Shown here: positions 50,804 through 59,172 of the stretch, piece by piece
How positions within the stretch are numbered: the stretch's first letter is position 1
Layout: each line of letters opens with the position of its first letter
DNA from: a virus
DNA length: 64,000 bases
IMG/VR virus record: IMGVR_UViG_3300037722_000226
Span: 1 to 64,000 of that record
Reading direction: 5' to 3' (one strand)
The notes under the pieces: generated by a model
The model's database searches: none
The model's input: only the letters and a program-made list of their open reading frames with translations
Told to the model about the DNA's origin: nothing
Program-made: the position numbers and the translations under genes

Positions 50804-51946
50804 CTACCGCAACGTCGACAACCTCGTGATCACTTCGTCCAGATTGCCCTTGTCGATCGCCTTGTTGATTAAGTCCTCGGCGTCGTGAACAGACATGGCT
50901 TCCAGGCGTTCTATCTCGTGCTGCGCGGCGGCTAGGCCAGTTGGCAGATCGCTGAGGCTGTCCGGCGTCGCCCGACTTCGGGCAGCAGCCAGTTTGTCCT
51001 CGACGGTCTTGCCACTGTTGGAACCCTTCTTCGTCTTATCGAGGCCCGACTTGTCGGGCTTCTCATCCACCTTCCCGGCTTTGTCGTCGGTTTCGTCGAG
51101 CCACTTGGCTGCGTCGTCACCGAGATACGCCGAGAGGCGTCTGCCGACTTCCGTGTAAAGCTCGCTGCGCGACTTGTCGGCCCAATCCGGGTCGGATTGC
51201 AGGGCCTTCTCGTACGCGACGGCGCGATCCCACAAGGCATCGGCCTCTTTCGTGCGTGTGGCCTGGACTACCGAGAGCAGCGGCACGGCATCAATGTCGT
51301 CTTGCTGCTGTTCGGCTTCGGTCCGGTCACGCTGAGAGACCAACTCCTGATTCGCCCTCGAGACGCGCTCGAGCTGCTCGGTCAGAAGGTTTTGCCGGTC
51401 TACCAGCTTGCCCAAGAAATCAACGACGTCATCGTCGAGGTCGGCACGGAGAGCTTCGAGCTTCGTCTTGTCGAGCGCATCGAGCTTGATGGACGGGTCG
51501 CCAGTGAGTCGATCCGCAGCCGCTTGGAGCTTGTCTTGGCTGGAGCCTGCCTTCGCGGTCGCCTCTTCAAGATCAGCGATGCGTTGGCGAGCCTCTTCCA
51601 GTTCTTGCTCGCGCTCCGTCAGGAGCGTTTCGGCTTTGTGGCGGTTCTCCCGTTCTCTGCGGAGCACCGCCTTCGGCGGACCATCTTCAACGACGTCAAC
51701 GACAGTCTTGTCGACAGTCTTGTCGTCACCCGCTTTCAGCTCGTCGCCGGACTTGACTTCGGGTTTTGCGCCGGGCTCATCGCCCTTGTCGGCAGCCTTG
51801 CCCTTGTCCTCGTCTCCAGGTTGCTGCTTATCGAGATCGGTGGCCTTGTCGGCTTCCTCCCCTTCGAGCAGCGCCTCGATCTCTAAAACGTCATCCGGGA
51901 TTTCAAACCCTTCTTCATTCAAGAGATCGTCGACTTGCTTCGGCAC
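50804..51946 (-). CDS. scaffolding protein (380 aa)
   Basis: GTG start after AAGGAA. Highly acidic and helical. Lies between the portal region and the capsid gene. Confidence 0.6.
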   Translation of the reverse strand: MPKQVDDLLNEEGFEIPDDVLEIEALLEGEEADKATDLDKQQPGDEDKGKAADKGDEPGAKPEVKSGDELKAGDDKTVDKTVVDVVEDGPPKAVLRRERENRHKAETLLTEREQELEEARQRIADLEEATAKAGSSQDKLQAAADRLTGDPSIKLDALDKTKLEALRADLDDDVVDFLGKLVDRQNLLTEQLERVSRANQELVSQRDRTEAEQQQDDIDAVPLLSVVQATRTKEADALWDRAVAYEKALQSDPDWADKSRSELYTEVGRRLSAYLGDDAAKWLDETDDKAGKVDEKPDKSGLDKTKKGSNSGKTVEDKLAAARSRATPDSLSDLPTGLAAAQHEIERLEAMSVHDAEDLINKAIDKGNLDEVITRLSTLR

Positions 51947-52050
51947 GCACGGTTCCTTTTCAACGGGGTTCCAACCCGTGACCCCCCGGTATCGGTCGGG
52001 AGCACACGCAGGCCCATTTGATTACGTCGGCGGGCGCACCGCGTAGGCGC

Positions 52051-52079
52051 AACATAGCGCCGCGCCGCGCATTATGCAA
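52051..52079 (-). promoter_or_regulatory. sigma70-like promoter upstream of the scaffold/capsid genes
   Basis: Minus strand reads TTGCAT (complement of 52074-52079), 17 nt, TATGTT (complement of 52051-52056), inside the 160-nt gap 51947-52105. Confidence 0.4.
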
Positions 52080-52105
52080 GACGGTGGAAGTAGAAAGATT
52101 TGCGA

Positions 52106-52351
52106 TCAGTACGAACGCGGGCGGCGCGCCGACGCAAGCGATCCGCGTTCGGCTTCTTCGACAGCCTTATCAATCTGCCGCTGGCGCCCCGAGATCCTTT
52201 TGCTCGCTTCCTCGGCTGAGCCAGAACCAAGCGGCACATCCCTGGCCGATCGGCCAGACTTGCCACGCAACTTGTGTTTCGCGGCCTGGTAGATCAGTCG
52301 GCCCGTGCCGGATACACCGCGGTAGCGGGCTTTGTATTTCTCATCAGCCAT
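52106..52351 (-). CDS. hypothetical basic protein (81 aa)
   Basis: ATG at 52349-52351 after AGGAGGA. Confidence 0.55.
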   Translation of the reverse strand: MADEKYKARYRGVSGTGRLIYQAAKHKLRGKSGRSARDVPLGSGSAEEASKRISGRQRQIDKAVEEAERGSLASARRPRSY

Positions 52352-52353
52352 CG

Positions 52354-52545
52354 TCAGTTCCTCCTGGGTCGCTTCGCGTCGACGAGGCTTCGCCGTCGCG
52401 CCACTGCATTGGCCTGCCGTATCGCAGACGCTTCTGATCCGCCGCGCTCGAGCACATCGTTGGCAACGGCTGCCCATTGGTCGGCAGAGTTACCGCTCGC
52501 GGCGCGCTTCGTGTGCCGCTTCGCATCTTCGGGCGACCAGGGCAT
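52354..52545 (-). CDS. small conserved-looking phage protein (63 aa)
   Basis: MPWSPEDAKRHTKRAA...QWAAVANDVLERGGSEASAIRQAN. I recognise the pattern from other phages but cannot name it reliably. Confidence 0.5.
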   Translation of the reverse strand: MPWSPEDAKRHTKRAASGNSADQWAAVANDVLERGGSEASAIRQANAVARRRSLVDAKRPRRN

Positions 52546-52550
52546 CGTGT

Positions 52551-52897
52551 CTATACCTCGTGCGTCCCTTCAACGCCGCGGGCCTCTCTCGCGCGCGTTC
52601 GATGATGTAGCCAGTGCTGCGCTTCCTCGAGCTTCGTGAGCGCGAGCGCATTCTCGCGACATGCGTACGGGCCGCGCTGGAATGCTTGGAGCCGGTCGAT
52701 GACGATCGCGATCAGTGCCTCGTGCGTGATGCCGTTCACGCCGACTTCGGGGATCGGGCCATTCTGGAAGTCGATCCACAGCGCGCTCCCGTGATGAGGT
52801 ACTTATGGTTCGCGCCGCCGGAACCCGGCTCGTCGCCGACCTCGATTCTCAGGCGCTCATTGGCCGGATTGACCTTGTGTGTAGTTATCTCGCGCAT
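52551..52897 (-). pseudogene. conserved small phage gene split by a -1 frame change (53-aa N-terminal piece 52736..52897; 62-aa C-terminal piece 52551..52739)
   Basis: Frame A gives MREITTHKVNPANERLRIEVGDEPGSGGANHKYLITG.., stopping at TGA 52736-52738. Frame B is open from 52802 and encodes SALWIDFQNGPIPEVGVNGITHEAL...RENALALTKLEEAQHWL...RGVEGTHEV, but its first start codon is the GTG at 52737-52739. Confidence 0.55.
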
Positions 52898-52909
52898 GTC
52901 GTTTTTCTC

Positions 52910-55075
52910 CTACCGCGCTGCGGCGGCTTTCTTGGGTTTTGCCTTCGCCTTCGGACTCGCGGCTGACGGCGGCGGCTTGTTCGGATCTTTGATCGGTTCA
53001 CGGCGAAGCCGCTCGGTCTCGACTTTCGTTTTGATCGTGTCGGCCTCTTCGCCTTCGGTCTCGGCGTCGATCTTGCGGTTTTCGAGATCCGCGCGCTCGA
53101 CGGTGAGCTGTTGCATCGCCATCTCGAGCTGCTGAACCATCTCTTCGAGCTTGAGCTTTTCCTCGTAGACGGCTTGTTCCTCGGGACTCATCTGCTCGGG
53201 GTTCTGATCCTTGATGCCGAGCGCGTCGCGGATGCGGCGCACGATCTCTTCTTTGTACGGCGCATCGGAGGCTTCGACCACCATGTCGAGCATCGGCGCT
53301 TGCAGCTCGGGCGGGAGCTTTTTCACCAGCTCGGCCAGCTCTTTGAATTGATACTGCCGGAAAGACGCGGACGCCGGCACAGAATCGAGCACGACGCTTG
53401 CGCGCGTCATTTGTACGTCGTTATCGAGATACTTGATTTCGCGTCCGGTCTCCTGGCTCAGCATCTCGTCGACTTTCTGCTCGTTGAGCTTGACCTTCTT
53501 CCTCGATGTCGCGCCTTGCGTGACATTGACCTCCATCTCCTGATTGCCGATGTCTTCTTTAAGCAGCGCGAAAAGTTGCTGCCCGACGAGCTTGCGACCC
53601 ATCGTATGTTTCTCGTTCAGCTCGGCGAGCGCAGTCGTGCCCTGCTCGATCAGCTGCGAAATCGCGATACCTGACTCGGCGGCTCCACCCTTGCCGAGCT
53701 GCTCCTTGAACACGTTCGCCACGTCCTGCAATCGCTCGGCCGCGTCGCGGTACGCTTCCATCTGCTGCGCGTTGAGCCCGAGATTATCCTCGAACTTGAT
53801 CAGATCACTGATACTGCGCTGACCGGCCATCGCGTTGTCGCCATCGAGCCATATCGCAGCGTCGGGCCGAGCGGCTTCCGCCTCGACTGTACGCCGATCG
53901 CGCACGGCCTTATCGAATCCGATGATGCGACGCGCCGAGAGCTGCCACAGCATGCGTGCGCGTCGTGCGTTGACTTCATCCTGCAGCGGCTTCATCGCGC
54001 GAATATGCCCGTAGGGCACGCCGGTCCGGTCCTCGCGGTAGCCGAAGAACGGGATGTACGGGAAGTCGTGATGCGGTAGCGGTGTTGGCTTGTCGACGAG
54101 CCGGTGCGGGCCGAGCCACCAAGACAGCCGCATCTCCATCAGCGTCGCCCACTCGACTGACGCGACGTTTTGATTCAGCGCCGCCACATGCAGCGGGTTC
54201 GGGCGCTTCGGATCGAACTCCTGTTTGATCCCGTTAGGTAGCGAAAGCACGTAGGCACGGCGCGGGACGCGATACCAGGCTTCGTAGAGGCAGCCTTGCA
54301 TGCGATCCATGTTGCGCCACGTGTCGGCGTCGAACACAAAGTCGCGCTCGGTCTGGTAGTCCTGAAAAAGCGGCTCGGCGACGTCGAGCGCGGCACGTGC
54401 ATCGAAGCTCGCCCAGCTGCTCGCCACGGAGTCGATCAGCCGTCGATGCTCCGGGAACCAATGATAGAGGACATCGAAGTCGTACCACTTGCGACGCACG
54501 AGGAACCGCGCGCGCTCGAGCGTCGGAGTGAGGTCTTGCCAGTCCCACCATATTTCGCGGCGATGCACGGGCTCAACGACGTAGGGATAGCCGAACGGAT
54601 TCATGCGCTGCCGGCGCACGTGGACCCAATGCAGTCCGGCTTTGACTTGGCCTCCGTAGGCTTCCGAGCACGCCTGGTCGGCGTTAGTCGCGCGCTCGGC
54701 CTCTTGCAGCTTCTTCGTCATCGCTAGCGCGAAGTCGTGCTTGTCGTCGTCGTCGGCACGCACGAGCCAGTCCTGGCGAACCTTGGCTTCCATGCCGACA
54801 ATCAGATTGATCATCGGCGCGATCAGGTTGATGACGATCGGCGGGATGCCCCGCTGCTCCATCTCTTGCAGCGTTTTCTGGTCGTATTGGTTCGAGTCGT
54901 AGTAGTCGGCTTCAAGATCGGCGCGGGCGCGCCATGCTGGCTGAAAGTCGATGTCGCGCAGGAATCGCGACATTTGCTCGACGGAGAGGCCCGGCTTCTT
55001 CGCGAAGTCCTCGCCCATCGAGTAGGACATGGGGCCGCTGCCGATGGTGTTGGACTTGGTGTAGCCGACGCTCAT
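52910..55075 (-). CDS. portal protein (721 aa)
   Basis: Size and position directly after TerL. C-terminal charged tail. Confidence 0.8.
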   Translation of the reverse strand: MSVGYTKSNTIGSGPMSYSMGEDFAKKPGLSVEQMSRFLRDIDFQPAWRARADLEADYYDSNQYDQKTLQEMEQRGIPPIVINLIAPMINLIVGMEAKVRQDWLVRADDDDKHDFALAMTKKLQEAERATNADQACSEAYGGQVKAGLHWVHVRRQRMNPFGYPYVVEPVHRREIWWDWQDLTPTLERARFLVRRKWYDFDVLYHWFPEHRRLIDSVASSWASFDARAALDVAEPLFQDYQTERDFVFDADTWRNMDRMQGCLYEAWYRVPRRAYVLSLPNGIKQEFDPKRPNPLHVAALNQNVASVEWATLMEMRLSWWLGPHRLVDKPTPLPHHDFPYIPFFGYREDRTGVPYGHIRAMKPLQDEVNARRARMLWQLSARRIIGFDKAVRDRRTVEAEAARPDAAIWLDGDNAMAGQRSISDLIKFEDNLGLNAQQMEAYRDAAERLQDVANVFKEQLGKGGAAESGIAISQLIEQGTTALAELNEKHTMGRKLVGQQLFALLKEDIGNQEMEVNVTQGATSRKKVKLNEQKVDEMLSQETGREIKYLDNDVQMTRASVVLDSVPASASFRQYQFKELAELVKKLPPELQAPMLDMVVEASDAPYKEEIVRRIRDALGIKDQNPEQMSPEEQAVYEEKLKLEEMVQQLEMAMQQLTVERADLENRKIDAETEGEEADTIKTKVETERLRREPIKDPNKPPPSAASPKAKAKPKKAAAAR

Positions 55076-55099
55076 TCACGAATCTCCCACGGATCTCCG

Positions 55100-57484
55100 T
55101 CAAACCGCACGCCAGTTGATCGGCCGCCGGGTACGCTCGTATTCGTAGTCCGGAGGCGGCTTCCAGTCGGCGCCGACGCGCAGAACGAATGTGTTGGCGA
55201 GCGCGTCACCGTTGTCCGGCGATGGCGCGTGCGTCAGCACTTTCTTCTTCGTCTCGACTACCGGCCGGCCTTGATTGTCCCAATCCATCAGGGGATTGGT
55301 GATGTCACCTTGGATTTCTTCTAAGCCCTGCTCTTCGCCGATCACGGCATCGGCGCCGATGAAGGACGGAACGAGGTCGATGATACAAGGCCCGGCGGGC
55401 GCTTCAAACCATTCTCTCATGCGCCGCCAGTTCTGGGTGCGGATGTTGCGGTCGATGTGGGGCTCTTCGGCCTGCTCGCCGCCGAGCACCGCGACCAGGA
55501 TGATGCGCCGGGCGCGGCAAATCTCGACGAGCTGATCGTAGAGCCATCCCGATCCGCCGATGTCGACGCAGATGATGTCCGGCTTCCACTGATCGATGAT
55601 CGCCACGACGCGGGGGAAGCTCTGCGTGGTCGTGAGTCCGGTCCATCGGCCGACGCGCGTGGCGATGCGCCCTTGGCGCAGGATCGACACGAATCGGTCA
55701 TGGCCGCCGTCCGATGGGTCGATGCCGAGGATCTTCGGCCCAAGCGTCGCGATGAGCTTCGGGTCGCGGCGGCGCGCCATCAGCACGTACTTCGACGCGA
55801 TGTAGCCGCCCGCGATGTTGCTCGAGAACGCTTCTTCCGGCGTCGTCGGATACTGAGTGGCGAAGGCGATCGTGCCGCCTTCACCGCCGCCCAGCTCGAC
55901 GATCTTGTTTTGCCGGAACTGCATTTGCTCTTCGTCGAGTCCCCAGAACTCCATGTACTCGGCGTCGGCGGCGCTCAGCTCGAGATTGATGACGGGCGCG
56001 CTGTATTCGTAGCCGCCGTCCATGCGCTTCGGGAACCAGATCCACGGCACGAACACGGTCTCGTACTCGGACAGGCCCGCGCGCGCGTTCGCGTAGCCGA
56101 CCTGGAAGGCGTTGCCGATGCCCTTGCCGGTCGACTCGAGAAAGACCTCCGTGCCTCTTCCTTGCGGCGGAACGGTTTGCAGCACGCCCTTCAGGTGCTC
56201 GTCGGCGTTCGGCCACAGCGCGCACTCGGAACCGTGTAGCAGCTGCACCGTGTCGGAGTGGCCGATGTCCTTCGCGCCGGCCGTCGCGACGGCATAGGAC
56301 GAATCAAGAGCTGGGAACGTGATCCGCTTCTGCGAGATCAGCGCGTCGGGCTGCATCCACGACGGTAGATGCTCCATGAATCGATGCGTCATCGAGAAGA
56401 TGTTGCTCGTCGCCGCCGCCTGGTGTGTGAGGATGAACGCGCGCACGCCGCGGCCGCCGCGAATGATCTTCGTGAATTGCCGCGACTGGATATAAGTCGA
56501 GTTGTGCGATACGAGCCCGTTGGCGATGTACGTGCCGGTTGATGTCTCGATGTCGATCAGCTTCGTAGTTGGACCCGGCTCAATGGCGACGATCTTGCGC
56601 CAGCCGTTATTGGGAAGCCGTGCCCCTTCCCACCAGCGCTCGTCGATGAATCGTTCGGGCCGGCTGAGTCCGAGCACTTTGAACAACGACCGCGCGCTAC
56701 TGACATTGACGACGTAAACCGGATCGCGCCCGGCTTCTACGCGACTTCGATTGTTGAGCAGCACGGCATACTCGTAGCCCCGATTCTCACAAATCGAGTC
56801 CATGCGATCGAGCACAACGCCTTCGCGCTGCGCAATCGTCAGGCTAGAACCGCCTGTCTTGCGGCGGGCATTCAAGCATCCTTCCCCGTCGATCATACCG
56901 CCGAGCCAAGCGTCATCGAGCGTCTGGTCGCCCCATGTGTCTGTCACTGAACGAATCCACGTTCCGACCTTGAGCCGGGCACGGCCGGCAATAGAGCGCC
57001 ACTCGGCATCGTCTTGAGACTTCTTCGAGAGCCAACGATGATCAGCCGAGCACACGACGCTCGTGCCGTCATCCAGCACAATCCGAAACGATGGCTTCTC
57101 CGTGCGCCAGACGCGTAGCACGGTAGACGTGCGCATTTTCCGACTGCCGCGATGCGGTTCTTCGTCGCAAGCGACCAGCTCGTTGCCAACGCGCAATTCG
57201 CCGATCGGCAACCAATGCAAATCGGCTGTGAGCACAGGCGTATCCGGCGCGAGACAACCTCCCCACTGCCTTGCTTTTAAAAGGTACAGCCGCACGTACC
57301 CGAGCCGGCGCAGCTGCAGCTCGGCGCGTCGATGGAGATACAGCTGGCCGATGTTGTACCGGAAGGGCGCGATGCCTTCGGTCTTGGTTCGGATCTTGAG
57401 GAACCGCTCGCAGTATTCCGGCTGCGGCATCCTGAGCACGATCTCGGCTACACGTTCAGCCGTTTCCTCGCTGCTCGCTGCCAT
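55100..57484 (-). CDS. terL: terminase large subunit interrupted by an intein (794 aa precursor)
   Basis: The exteins give a KARQWGG|ST P-loop, a later LLHGSECALW Walker-B-like segment, and a nuclease-domain-sized C-terminus. Confidence 0.85.
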   Translation of the reverse strand: MAASSEETAERVAEIVLRMPQPEYCERFLKIRTKTEGIAPFRYNIGQLYLHRRAELQLRRLGYVRLYLLKARQWGGCLAPDTPVLTADLHWLPIGELRVGNELVACDEEPHRGSRKMRTSTVLRVWRTEKPSFRIVLDDGTSVVCSADHRWLSKKSQDDAEWRSIAGRARLKVGTWIRSVTDTWGDQTLDDAWLGGMIDGEGCLNARRKTGGSSLTIAQREGVVLDRMDSICENRGYEYAVLLNNRSRVEAGRDPVYVVNVSSARSLFKVLGLSRPERFIDERWWEGARLPNNGWRKIVAIEPGPTTKLIDIETSTGTYIANGLVSHNSTYIQSRQFTKIIRGGRGVRAFILTHQAAATSNIFSMTHRFMEHLPSWMQPDALISQKRITFPALDSSYAVATAGAKDIGHSDTVQLLHGSECALWPNADEHLKGVLQTVPPQGRGTEVFLESTGKGIGNAFQVGYANARAGLSEYETVFVPWIWFPKRMDGGYEYSAPVINLELSAADAEYMEFWGLDEEQMQFRQNKIVELGGGEGGTIAFATQYPTTPEEAFSSNIAGGYIASKYVLMARRRDPKLIATLGPKILGIDPSDGGHDRFVSILRQGRIATRVGRWTGLTTTQSFPRVVAIIDQWKPDIICVDIGGSGWLYDQLVEICRARRIILVAVLGGEQAEEPHIDRNIRTQNWRRMREWFEAPAGPCIIDLVPSFIGADAVIGEEQGLEEIQGDITNPLMDWDNQGRPVVETKKKVLTHAPSPDNGDALANTFVLRVGADWKPPPDYEYERTRRPINWRAV
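56501..57256 (-). mobile_element. 252-aa LAGLIDADG-type intein in the TerL Walker A loop (aa 77-328)
   Basis: Starts at Cys (TGT, complement of 57254-57256; CLAPDTPVLT). Block B is SVVCSADHRWL. Endonuclease motif LGGMIDGEGCL. Ends ...YIANGLVSHN (AAC, complement of 56501-56503), followed by Ser at +1. Confidence 0.8.
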
Positions 57485-57490
57485 CGTGGA

Positions 57491-59167
57491 TTACTGACTG
57501 ACGTTCGCTCGTGTGAACAGCGGATCGCGGCTGACGATGCGGCGGCGCGCGATTTCGGTGTAGTCGGCGTCAAGCTCGAAGCCAATGAAGTCCATCCCTT
57601 CGAGCACGGCTGCCTTGCCCGTCGAGCCCGAGCCCATGAACGGATCGAGGATGCGGGCGCCGCGCGGCGCGACGAGCTTGCATAGGTACTGCATCAGCTC
57701 GGTCGGCTTCACGGTCGGGTGATAGTTCTGCTGCTCGCGCTCGGTGCCTTCGGACTGAAATGTACCAGGAGATTCGAGCCCTTCGTTGCGGTCCTTACGC
57801 GATGCCTTCGGACACCAGAAGAACCGCGCCGCACTGCCGCTGTCGCCGCCAAAAAACTGCGTGATCTCGCGCCCCTTGAACTCCCCGAGTACGCCCGCTG
57901 CCTTTCCCGAGTCCCTATGCGACGGAGTTAGACTGCCGCTCTCAGACTGCGGAAACGCCGCTACGACTTCCTCGCTGCCGTCGTGCAGGACGTTCGCGGG
58001 CCAGCGGCCGAGCACAGACGAGCTGCCACCGCCGGGCCGCATATCCGTCGTGCCGGCGTGCCCACGGTCGCCGCTATGGTTCGCGGCGTAGCTTTCACGA
58101 TCGGCCACGTCGATGCGGCAGCCGTCGATGTTCAGCGCGCCGACGCCGTGGCGCAGTTCGTTCTCCAGCAAAGTGCCGCGCAGCGGCTTACGGGCTATAA
58201 GGATCGGCTCATAGGCCGGTTTAAGGGCAGACCCAAGTCCTCGGGGTAGATCAGGTTTGCCGCACCGTGGACAAAGCGGCCATGCTCCGCGAGTTTGTGG
58301 CTCCGATTGTCCGGCCATAGCTCGAGATTCGTCCGTGCGTTGCGCAGCGGATCGTGGTCGACGTGATGGACCGTCTCGGTTCTCGTCAGCAGACGGCCGC
58401 ACCATTCCGCCATCACGAGGCGATGCTCCATCACGTAGCCGTCCTTCCGGGCCATCGGTAGCGCCCACTTCGGGGATCTCACGTACCTCACGCTCACGTA
58501 GTTGCCGCGCCTCCGGCGATACGTCACGCCGCCCTTCCATGCTGGATTGTTCGCTCCCCTCAGCTTCGGGTTCGGTCCTTTCGGTCCGATCTGCCGGTAG
58601 GCGCGCAATATCAGCGCCTCTGAGCGCAGTTTCCCGTTGCATCTCCGAGAACAGGTCGGCGTCTTGACTCGCTTCCGCCACGCGGCCGGCATCGTTCTTG
58701 GCTGGCCGCACACCGCGCATTTGATCGTCACTCTCGGAGCACCCGCAAATGGCATCGCCTCGCTTCCTGTCCAGGTTGTGGGACTTCGGGAATCCAGTCC
58801 CGTACATATACATGATCGTGTCGCGAATCTCCCAGCCGGCATCCTCGACAGCGCACCAAACGCGATGGAACGTCCGCGTGCCGCCGAACACGACAAGGTG
58901 CGCGCCGGGTTTCGCGACGCGCAGGAGCAGCGCCCACGTCTCGGGCCGCAGCGCGATGTCGCCGCCGTCCCACTTCATGCCCATGAATCCGGTGCCGATC
59001 ATCGAGCGGCCTGCCGGCGAATCAGGGTTGACGCTCGCGAGTCCGCTGCCGCCCTTCTTGCCGGTCGTCAGGTGATACGGCGGATCAGTCACGATCGCGT
59101 CGATCGACTCGTCGGCAATCGCCGCGAGCTTTTCGCGCATGTCGCCGATGTAGATCGTGGCATCCAA
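57491..59167 (-). CDS. beta-class N6A/N4C DNA methyltransferase with a ~170-aa non-homologous insert (558 aa)
   Basis: TTG start. N-terminal SIDAIVTDPPYH. C-terminal ALKPAYEPILIARKP, HPTVKPTEL and ILDPFMGSGSTGKAA. The middle (aa ~140-305) is Arg/Glu/Pro-rich off-frame-like sequence. Confidence 0.8.
   Translation of the reverse strand: MDATIYIGDMREKLAAIADESIDAIVTDPPYHLTTGKKGGSGLASVNPDSPAGRSMIGTGFMGMKWDGGDIALRPETWALLLRVAKPGAHLVVFGGTRTFHRVWCAVEDAGWEIRDTIMYMYGTGFPKSHNLDRKRGDAICGCSESDDQMRGVRPAKNDAGRVAEASQDADLFSEMQRETALRGADIARLPADRTERTEPEAEGSEQSSMEGRRDVSPEARQLREREVREIPEVGATDGPEGRLRDGASPRDGGMVRPSADENRDGPSRRPRSAAQRTDESRAMAGQSEPQTRGAWPLCPRCGKPDLPRGLGSALKPAYEPILIARKPLRGTLLENELRHGVGALNIDGCRIDVADRESYAANHSGDRGHAGTTDMRPGGGSSSVLGRWPANVLHDGSEEVVAAFPQSESGSLTPSHRDSGKAAGVLGEFKGREITQFFGGDSGSAARFFWCPKASRKDRNEGLESPGTFQSEGTEREQQNYHPTVKPTELMQYLCKLVAPRGARILDPFMGSGSTGKAAVLEGMDFIGFELDADYTEIARRRIVSRDPLFTRANVSQ
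58195..58755 (-). CDS. HNH homing endonuclease nested out of frame inside the MTase gene (186 aa)
   Basis: ATG at 58753-58755 after GAGG. Carries CAVCG...TPTCSRRC, NPAWKGG, and GYVMEHRLVMAEWCGRLLTRTETVHHVDHDPLRNARTNLELW...H, the classic phage HNH endonuclease layout. Confidence 0.8.
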   Translation of the reverse strand: MPFAGAPRVTIKCAVCGQPRTMPAAWRKRVKTPTCSRRCNGKLRSEALILRAYRQIGPKGPNPKLRGANNPAWKGGVTYRRRRGNYVSVRYVRSPKWALPMARKDGYVMEHRLVMAEWCGRLLTRTETVHHVDHDPLRNARTNLELWPDNRSHKLAEHGRFVHGAANLIYPEDLGLPLNRPMSRSL

Positions 59168-59172
59168 GTGGA

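Noticed and set aside
51947-52105. A tRNA or small RNA could lie in the 160-nt gap upstream of the scaffold gene.
   Set aside because: I could trace no cloverleaf arms or conserved T-loop. The gap is better explained by a -35/-10 promoter pair.
58195-58800. A group I or group II intron could carry the HNH ORF in the MTase gene.
   Set aside because: This is not established. The HNH ORF fills almost the whole insert, leaving little room for a ribozyme core, and I cannot fold RNA reliably by eye. It is kept as an alternative in the finding rather than annotated.
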